Source: Candidatus Woesearchaeota archaeon (lineage in GTDB: Archaea > Nanobdellota > Nanobdellia > SCGC-AAA011-G17 > CAYHUI01). Taken from it: a DNA stretch of 60,028 nucleotides. Made by a program: the position numbers and the translations under genes. The notes below the pieces were generated by a model. That model searched no databases, was not told the DNA's origin, and saw nothing but the letters and a program-made list of their open reading frames with translations. Each line of letters opens with the position of its first letter. Within the stretch, counting starts at the first letter, position 1. The stretch is from NCBI GenBank assembly GCA_964360175.1, contig CAYHUI010000002.1, positions 1 through 60,028 of the forward strand. Direction: 5' to 3'. Below are positions 53,368 to 60,028 of this stretch, piece by piece.

Positions 53368-54320
53368 TATTTCAACTTAGAAAATCTCTGCATTTCACTT
53401 ACTAATTTATCTATAATTTCTGGTTCTGAAGCAGCATGTCCTGCCAAAACTACATTTAAAACTGAATTTTTTAATTTTTTATGTAATTTAAATGCATTAA
53501 TAACAGGACATACTATATCATATCTTCCATGAACTATTGAAACTGGGATTTTAGCTATTTTATTAATATTATTTAAGATGTAATTATTTGGTAAAAAGCA
53601 ATTATTCCTCATGTAATATGCTTCTAACATTGACAAAGATTTATAATTATACTCTTTCATCATTTTTTCAATTTGTTTTTTATCAGACTTTATCTTAAGC
53701 AAAGACATTTCATAATAAGCCCACTCGTAAGTAAATTTATTCTTTATTTTATTATTTTCAGAATTCATTTGTTTAAAATAGTAATTGATTATATTATTTT
53801 GATATTTTTTAGGAACTATTTTAACAAATCTTTCCCATGCATCAGGAAAATGATTTTTTACTCCCCCTTTGTAAAAATAATCAATTTCTTCTTTACTAGC
53901 TAAAAAAATTCCCCTTAATAACATTCCTGCAATTTTTTCAGGATTTCTAATAGCATATACTAATGCTAATGTCGAACCCCAAGAACCACCGAATAAAAAT
54001 ACTTTCTTAATTTTTAGAACTTTTAATAATATATCTATATCTTGAACTAATTTTTGAGTTGTGTTCGCTTTAGTACTTGCAAAGGGTTTAGATTTACCAG
54101 CACCTCGTTGATCGAAAAGAATTATATTCCAAACTTTAGGATTAAAATAACATCTCATTTTCGCATTAATACCTGCCCCAGGACCGCCATGCAAAACTAA
54201 AACCGGTTTGCCTTTTGCATTACCACATAATTCGTAATATAATTTATGTCCGTCAGAAACTTTTAAATAACCTTTTTTATAAGGTTTAATCCTTCTAAAT
54301 ATCATGTTTAATTTTTTCAT
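53364..54320 (-). CDS. pip: Prolyl aminopeptidase (proline iminopeptidase, alpha/beta hydrolase)
   Basis: 318 aa. HGGPG oxyanion motif, GGSWGS nucleophile elbow and a C-terminal GHA catalytic His region. Confidence 0.85.
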   Translation of the reverse strand: MKKLNMIFRRIKPYKKGYLKVSDGHKLYYELCGNAKGKPVLVLHGGPGAGINAKMRCYFNPKVWNIILFDQRGAGKSKPFASTKANTTQKLVQDIDILLKVLKIKKVFLFGGSWGSTLALVYAIRNPEKIAGMLLRGIFLASKEEIDYFYKGGVKNHFPDAWERFVKIVPKKYQNNIINYYFKQMNSENNKIKNKFTYEWAYYEMSLLKIKSDKKQIEKMMKEYNYKSLSMLEAYYMRNNCFLPNNYILNNINKIAKIPVSIVHGRYDIVCPVINAFKLHKKLKNSVLNVVLAGHAASEPEIIDKLVSEMQRFSKLKY

Positions 54321-54403
54321 AATGTAAAATTTATTTGCTTAATATTTAAATATTACTAAACAAAACTTTTTTAAATTTTATCGTTTTTATTAGATATATA
54401 AAA

Positions 54404-54820
54404 ATGAACAAAATAAAAAGAACATTTATGAATTATAATTTAAATAAAACAAAATTTAAAGATAGAATGCTTATCAAATTTGTAAGAGGATTTCATATAT
54501 CTATGATATTTTATTATCTCCCAACAGCTTTATTTTCTATAACTGGAGTATTAAGTAATTTCCCTTTATGGATCAAATTTAATTTTTATTCAGTAATTTC
54601 TATTCTTGGAGTAAGAGCATTTTCAATTAAAAAGTGTCCTATAACTCATTGGGAATATCAGTTTATTAAAAAGAGATATAAATTCAAAAAATTGAAATTA
54701 GAAGGTTACTATAAATATTTTTGTAAAAAATATTTTAAGTTTTCGCTCCCACATTTAATTTTTGATGGAATTCAAGTTTTAATTTTATTATTTATCTTAG
54801 TATCTTATTTTATATACTAA
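54404..54820 (+). CDS. Small membrane protein (possibly DUF2784-like, CP[IL]T motif)
   Basis: 138 aa with 3-4 hydrophobic segments. KKCPITHWEYQF resembles the CPLT motif family. Confidence 0.4.
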   Translation: MNKIKRTFMNYNLNKTKFKDRMLIKFVRGFHISMIFYYLPTALFSITGVLSNFPLWIKFNFYSVISILGVRAFSIKKCPITHWEYQFIKKRYKFKKLKLEGYYKYFCKKYFKFSLPHLIFDGIQVLILLFILVSYFIY

Positions 54821-54856
54821 AAACATTTATAAATTCTCTTACCTATAATCAAATTT

Positions 54857-57334
54857 ATGACACTAAAAATTCAATTCTTTCCGTTAGAATTCAGTTATGA
54901 AACTAATAACGAAGGAAAAGCGGTTATTGAAATATTTGGAAAAACAAAAGACAATAAAAAAATAATTGCAATAGATGACAACTTTGATCCGTATTTTTAT
55001 GCTGTATTAAATAAAAATATTAATCCAAATAAAATTATTGAAAGAATTAAAAAATTAAAATTCGAAAAGGAAGAAAAGGAAATTTACGTTAAAGATGTAA
55101 TTTTAGAGAAAAAAAATTTCTTAGCTAAACTAGTAGATGCTCTTAAAATCATCGTAAATCACCCGAGTAGTGTTATAGAAATGAGATATATCGTAAAAGA
55201 ATTAAATGGAATAGAAGATGTAAAAGAATCTGATATTTCATTTTATAAGAGATATTTAATAGATAAAAAATTAATTCCATTACAGATATGCAATATAGAA
55301 GGAGAACTTGCGGAAAATACTAAACAAGGGGTAGATTTTACAATAAAAATAAATAAGATAGAACAAGGTGATGAAACTTTTCACCCAAAAGTTCTAGCTT
55401 TTGATATTGAAGCTTATACCGAAGAGAAAAGATACCCAGTAGATATTAAAGATCCAATTATTATGGTAGCTTTTGCAGGAAGTGACGGTTTTAAAAAAGT
55501 TATAACATGGAAAAAATTTCCAAACGCAAAAGATTACATTGAATTTGTAGATGACGAAGAAGATTTAATAGATAAATTTTTAGATACAGTTAAAAAATAT
55601 GATCCTGATTATATTACTGGATATTTTTCAGACGGTTTTGATTTTCCTTATATTTATACAAGAGCAAAAAAATACAATACAAAATTAAATCTCAACACAG
55701 GAAGCTTAAAAGTTAATAAAAGAGGAAATAATACTACTGCAAAAATAGAAGGTTTAACTCATATTGATATTTTTAAATTTATTAGGAATATAATGAGTTC
55801 TGGTTTAAGATTAGAATCTTATGATTTAGGAGAAGTTGCAAAAGAATTACTCGGAGAAAAGAAAATTGAAACTGATTTAGCCACTATTAATGTGATTATG
55901 AACGATCAAACTGATAAAATTGCAGAATATTGTGAATATAATCTAAAAGATGCTGAATTAACTTTAAAGTTATGTGAAAAATTATTACCTAATATTAATG
56001 AGTTAGTTAAATTAATAGGTCAACCTATCTATGATATTAGTAGGATGACTTATGGCAGATTAGTTGAAAATTATTTAATGAGGCGAGCTCCAGAATTTAA
56101 TGAAATTTATCCTAATAAACCTACACAAGCTGAAATATCTGTAAGAAGATTGCATACTTACCAAGGAGCTTTTGTATTTGAACCAAAACCAGGATTATAT
56201 GAAAATGTAGTTGTTATGGATTATAGAAGTTTATACCCAAGCATAATCAGCGCTCATAATATTGATCCATCTAATTTAACTGATGATAGAAAAGAATCAA
56301 ATGCAACTCCTGAAATTACTTTAGAATCAGGTAAAAAAATCAGATATTATTTTAGTTATAAAAAGGAAGGTTTTATCCCAAATGTTGTAAGAGATGTAAT
56401 TTTAAGAAGGATAAGAATAAAAGAGTTAATTAAAAACGAAGCTGAAAAAAATCCAATTTTAGAAGCAAGATCTTATGCTTTAAAAACTACTGCAAATGCT
56501 ATGTATGGTTATTATGCTTTTTTTGGAGCAAGATGGTATTCCAGAGAATGTGCAGAATCAATAACTGCTTATGGTAGAGAATATGTGAAAGATGTTATTG
56601 ATAAAACAAATAAATTTGGTTTTGATGTTGTATATTCTGATACAGATGCTGTCGCTTTTACATTAGGTAATAAAACTAAAAAAGATGTTTTTGATTTTTT
56701 AGATTCTATCAATAGAGATTTACCGAGCTTGATGGAGCTTGAATTAGAAGATTTTTACAAGAGAGGAATTTTTGTCATGAAAAAAGGAGAAGAAAGAGGA
56801 GCAAAAAAGAAATACGCTTTGATTTCTGAGAAAGGCGATATTAAAGTAATTGGTTTTGAAACTGTACGGAGAGATTGGAGTTACATTGCTAGAGAAGTTC
56901 AAAGAAATGTTATCGAAATAATTTTAAGGGAAAATTCAAAAGAAAAAGCTTTTGATTATGTTAAAGAGATCATAGAAAAAATTAAAGCTAAAAAAATTAG
57001 ATTAGATAAAATGATAATACAAACCCAATTAAGAAAAAGCATTGAAAGTTATGATTTAGTTGGGCCCCATGTTATTATTGCTAAGAAAATGGTAGAAAAA
57101 GGCATGTTTGTTAGTCCTGGAGTTGTAGTTCAATATATAGTCACAGAAGGTAAAGGAATGATTAGAGATAAAGTAAAATTACCTGAAGACTGCAATAAAG
57201 ATGAATATGATGCTAATTATTATATAAATAATCAAGTTATTCCAAGTGTCAGCAGAATTTTTTCCGCTTTAGGCTATACTGAAAATGATTTGTTGGAAGA
57301 TAAAGAACAAAGTAAATTAAAAAGATTTTTATAA
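54857..57334 (+). CDS. polB: Family B DNA polymerase
   Basis: 825 aa. Exo I FDIEA, Pol A DYRSLYPSII, Pol B KTTANAMYGY, Pol C YSDTDA. The length is compatible with no intein. Confidence 0.95.
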   Translation: MTLKIQFFPLEFSYETNNEGKAVIEIFGKTKDNKKIIAIDDNFDPYFYAVLNKNINPNKIIERIKKLKFEKEEKEIYVKDVILEKKNFLAKLVDALKIIVNHPSSVIEMRYIVKELNGIEDVKESDISFYKRYLIDKKLIPLQICNIEGELAENTKQGVDFTIKINKIEQGDETFHPKVLAFDIEAYTEEKRYPVDIKDPIIMVAFAGSDGFKKVITWKKFPNAKDYIEFVDDEEDLIDKFLDTVKKYDPDYITGYFSDGFDFPYIYTRAKKYNTKLNLNTGSLKVNKRGNNTTAKIEGLTHIDIFKFIRNIMSSGLRLESYDLGEVAKELLGEKKIETDLATINVIMNDQTDKIAEYCEYNLKDAELTLKLCEKLLPNINELVKLIGQPIYDISRMTYGRLVENYLMRRAPEFNEIYPNKPTQAEISVRRLHTYQGAFVFEPKPGLYENVVVMDYRSLYPSIISAHNIDPSNLTDDRKESNATPEITLESGKKIRYYFSYKKEGFIPNVVRDVILRRIRIKELIKNEAEKNPILEARSYALKTTANAMYGYYAFFGARWYSRECAESITAYGREYVKDVIDKTNKFGFDVVYSDTDAVAFTLGNKTKKDVFDFLDSINRDLPSLMELELEDFYKRGIFVMKKGEERGAKKKYALISEKGDIKVIGFETVRRDWSYIAREVQRNVIEIILRENSKEKAFDYVKEIIEKIKAKKIRLDKMIIQTQLRKSIESYDLVGPHVIIAKKMVEKGMFVSPGVVVQYIVTEGKGMIRDKVKLPEDCNKDEYDANYYINNQVIPSVSRIFSALGYTENDLLEDKEQSKLKRFL

Positions 57335-57354
57335 AAGATTCTTTTTATTATAAT

Positions 57355-57633
57355 ATGAAAAATAAATATATTTTTATTTTATTAACTTTATTAATTGTTT
57401 TTATTAGTGGATGTTCTAGCTATAAAATAGAAAAAGAAGAATTTTGTGGTTGGTCTACAGAAGGCAGTTGTAATAATGATAATGATTGTGTAATTGGCGG
57501 TTGTTCTAATCAGGTTTGTCAGAGTAAAAATGAAGAACCTGCTATAACAACATGCGAATATAGAACTTGTTATGATGCTACAACTTATAATTTAAATTGT
57601 AATTGCGTTGAAAATAAATGTAAATGGATCTAG
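57355..57633 (+). CDS. Small cysteine-rich lipoprotein
   Basis: Signal peptide plus lipobox (LLIVFISGC), then 10 further Cys in about 65 aa (CGWSTEGSCNNDNDCVIGGCSNQVCQ...). Confidence 0.6.
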   Translation: MKNKYIFILLTLLIVFISGCSSYKIEKEEFCGWSTEGSCNNDNDCVIGGCSNQVCQSKNEEPAITTCEYRTCYDATTYNLNCNCVENKCKWI

Positions 57634-57791
57634 GTATTTATTCTAACTTATTTGGAAATTTTTTGTTCATATATTCTTCAATAGGTGTCTCTCTTCATGT
57701 AACAGGCTCTATAAAGGGGTTCTAAATCCCGACAACGCAATAATGCATAAAATTCAAAACAAATTTAAATAAATCTATTTCTTAAATTTAC

Positions 57792-58682
57792 ATGCAAGAA
57801 GAAGAATTAAAAAACTGGGAGAAAGCTGGAAAAATCGCAGCTGAAGTTAGGGAATACGCAAAAACTTTGGTTAAAAAAGACAAGTCTTTACTAGAAGTTA
57901 CTGAAAAGATTGAAGAAAAAATATTTCAGTTAAATGGCAAGCCTGCATTTCCAGTTCAAATTTCTTTAAATGAAATGGCAGCTCATTACAATGCTATAGT
58001 AAATGATTCAATAATATTTAAAGAAGATTTAGTTAAAGTAGATGTAGGAGTTCATGTTGATGGCTGCATTGGAGATACTGCAATCACAATAGATTTAACC
58101 AATGAAAATAAAGAATTAATCGAAGCTGCAGAAAAAGCTTTGCAAAACGCATTAGAAATTTTAAAAGAAAATATAAACATAAATGAAATCGGTAATATAA
58201 TTCAAAAAACTATTTCTAGTTATAATTTTTCCCCTATAAAAAATTTATCCGGCCATGGATTAAATAAATTTATTATTCATGACAAGCCAACAATCCCAAA
58301 TTATGATAATAATGATAAAACTAAATTAATCAAAGATCAAGTTATTGCAATAGAACCATTTGCAACCAAAGGTGTAGGTTTAGTAACAGAAGGCAAACCG
58401 TCTGAAATCTATCAGTTAACAAATAAAAAACCTGTTCGCGATAATAACACAAGAAAAATTTTAATCTTTATCGAACAAGAATATAAAGAATTACCTTTTG
58501 CAAAAAGATGGTTGTTAAAACATTTTAATCCATTTCAAGTTAGTATAGCTCTAAAAGTCTTAGAAAGAGAAAATATTTTACATCAATACACACAACTTCC
58601 AGAAAAAAGCAAAAATTTAGTCAGCCAGGCAGAGCATACAATTTTAATAAATGAAAAAATAAAAATCTTAACTAAAATTTAA
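57792..58682 (+). CDS. map: Methionine aminopeptidase, type 2 (archaeal)
   Basis: 296 aa. Metal-ligand regions VDVGVHVDGCIGDTA, SGHGL, IEPFAT and AEHTIL, with the inserted helical subdomain typical of type 2. Confidence 0.9.
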   Translation: MQEEELKNWEKAGKIAAEVREYAKTLVKKDKSLLEVTEKIEEKIFQLNGKPAFPVQISLNEMAAHYNAIVNDSIIFKEDLVKVDVGVHVDGCIGDTAITIDLTNENKELIEAAEKALQNALEILKENININEIGNIIQKTISSYNFSPIKNLSGHGLNKFIIHDKPTIPNYDNNDKTKLIKDQVIAIEPFATKGVGLVTEGKPSEIYQLTNKKPVRDNNTRKILIFIEQEYKELPFAKRWLLKHFNPFQVSIALKVLERENILHQYTQLPEKSKNLVSQAEHTILINEKIKILTKI

Positions 58683-58720
58683 AATGAAAAAAATTAATAA
58701 GATGGATTATAATATAAAAT

Positions 58721-60028
58721 TTAACCAAAGTAGCTAGGTGTTTTTATTGGAGCGCCCCTTGCTGCTTTTATATATTCTTCTTCAACAGCCTTGTATTTTT
58801 TAATGTCAACTTCTGTAACAGATGGCTTTACTTTCTTTAATGCAGCTTCAAAATGTTTCATACTTACTTCTTTTACATTAATATTTTCCCGTAAAGCTAG
58901 TATTGCTGACTCTCTGCATAAACTTTCTATATCAGATCCAACATAACCTTCTGTTCTTTCTACTAATCTAGTTAAATTAACATCTTTTGTGAGAGGCATT
59001 CCTTTTGTATGTACTTTGAATATTTCTAATCTGGATTTTTTATCAGGTATTACTGTTGAAATTATTCTGTCAAATCTTCCAGGTCTTAATAAAGCTGGAT
59101 CAATCAAATCAGGCCTATTAGTTGCAGCAATAACAACAACATCATTCAATTCTTCCAAGCCGTCTATCTCTGTTAGTAATTGATTAACAACCCTGTCTGT
59201 AACTCCAGAAGATGTATCATAACCTCTTCTTGCAGCAATTGCATCTATCTCATCAAAGAAAATTATTGTAGGAGCTGTTTGTCTTGCTCTTTCAAATACT
59301 TTAGCTATCCCTCTTTCACTTTCACCTACCCATTTTGATAGTAATTCAGGGCCTTTAACTAAAATAAAATTAGATTCTGATTCTGTTGCAACTGCCTTAG
59401 CTAATAAAGTTTTTCCAGTTCCAGGAGGTCCGTACAATAAGATTCCTCTCGGTGCTCTTATCCCTAATCTTTTAAAAGAACCAGGATGCTTTAATGGCCA
59501 TTCAACAGCTTCAATTAATTCTTGTTTTAAATCTTCCAAGCCCCCAACCTGATCCCATTTAACATTTGGAGTTTCAACAAGAACTTCACGCATTGCACTT
59601 GGTCTTACTAAACGTAAAGCTTCTTTAAAATCATTATTGGTTACTCTTAATTTTTGCAGTATTTCATCTGGTATAACCTCTAAATCTTTTTTAAGCTTTA
59701 ACTCAGGCAATATCTTTCTAAGAACATTCATAGCAGCTTCCTTGCATAAACCTTCCAAATCAGCTCCTACAAAACCGTGAGTAACATTTGCTATTTTAAT
59801 TAAATCAACATCTTTGTCCAATGGCATGTTTCTTGTATGAATTTTAAGAATATTCAACCTGCCTTTTTTAGATGGAACTCCAATAATAACTTCCCTGTCA
59901 AATCTTCCAGGTCTTCTTAATGCAGGATCAATTGCATTAGGTCTGTTAGTTGCAGCAATTACTACAACTTTACATCTAGATTTTAATCCATCCATTGTTG
60001 CTAAAAGCTGCCCGACAACTCTTCTTTC
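58721..60028 (-). CDS. cdc48: CDC48/VCP-type AAA+ ATPase (partial; N-terminus lies beyond the window end)
   Basis: The frame remains open upstream of the track's Met ([14 protein letters not shown]...). Complete D2 module with GPPGTGKT and IIFFDEIDA, plus the C-terminal part of D1 ([24 protein letters not shown]). Confidence 0.92.
   Translation of the reverse strand, partial: ERRVVGQLLATMDGLKSRCKVVVIAATNRPNAIDPALRRPGRFDREVIIGVPSKKGRLNILKIHTRNMPLDKDVDLIKIANVTHGFVGADLEGLCKEAAMNVLRKILPELKLKKDLEVIPDEILQKLRVTNNDFKEALRLVRPSAMREVLVETPNVKWDQVGGLEDLKQELIEAVEWPLKHPGSFKRLGIRAPRGILLYGPPGTGKTLLAKAVATESESNFILVKGPELLSKWVGESERGIAKVFERARQTAPTIIFFDEIDAIAARRGYDTSSGVTDRVVNQLLTEIDGLEELNDVVVIAATNRPDLIDPALLRPGRFDRIISTVIPDKKSRLEIFKVHTKGMPLTKDVNLTRLVERTEGYVGSDIESLCRESAILALRENINVKEVSMKHFEAALKKVKPSVTEVDIKKYKAVEEEYIKAARGAPIKTPSYFG

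Noticed and set aside
57685-57740. A relatively GC-rich intergenic patch with a T-arm-like GGGGTTCTAAATCCC element; I considered a tRNA or a split tRNA half.
   Set aside because: No complementary acceptor strand (GCGTTGT) lies upstream. There is no D-arm or anticodon arm on either strand, and the T-stem has only 4 pairs including a G-T. A small ncRNA cannot be excluded, but it is unsupported. Running tRNAscan-SE/Infernal would settle it.
1-60028. Mobile elements, prophage, integrase, rRNA or tRNA genes.
   Set aside because: No transposase, integrase, capsid or terminase-like translations appear in any frame of the ORF track. No rRNA-like or cloverleaf-like GC-rich islands were seen in the intergenic regions I inspected.

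Overview
The window is very AT-rich (my by-eye estimate is under 30% GC), densely packed, and has a clearly archaeal gene set. It carries family-D DNA polymerase DP1 and DP2, family-B polymerase, RadA, an RPA-like OB-fold protein, LonB, CDC48, a Hef helicase/XPF nuclease pair, an Lhr-type helicase, ArgRS, TyrRS, CTP synthase and a type-2 methionine aminopeptidase. The short genes, small intergenic gaps, many uncharacterised membrane or secreted proteins and a split Hef suggest a reduced DPANN-like archaeon; that is inference only. I found no rRNA, tRNA, CRISPR array, transposase or integrase.

The most notable region is about 32-48 kb. It holds a type-IV-pilus-like surface-filament locus with an oversized secretion ATPase and an oversized GspF/FlaJ-like platform protein. 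Twelve co-directional genes with prepilin-like N-termini follow; every cysteine-containing member has an even cysteine count. Three tandem paralogous membrane proteins precede the locus, and an opposite-strand Fic islet interrupts it. An RPA-like gene starts 1 nt after the last pilin-like gene.

Other points of interest:
- A repeat-rich 1.2-kb non-coding/HTH region sits directly upstream of the PolD operon and is a candidate origin or operator.
- A membrane-anchored Lon-type protease and a BFN nuclease form an operon.
- A small ORF is translationally coupled to radA.
- There are four toxin-antitoxin-type modules.
- Several genes look decayed or frameshifted.

All functional calls rest on motifs I recognise in the supplied translations; no searches were run.
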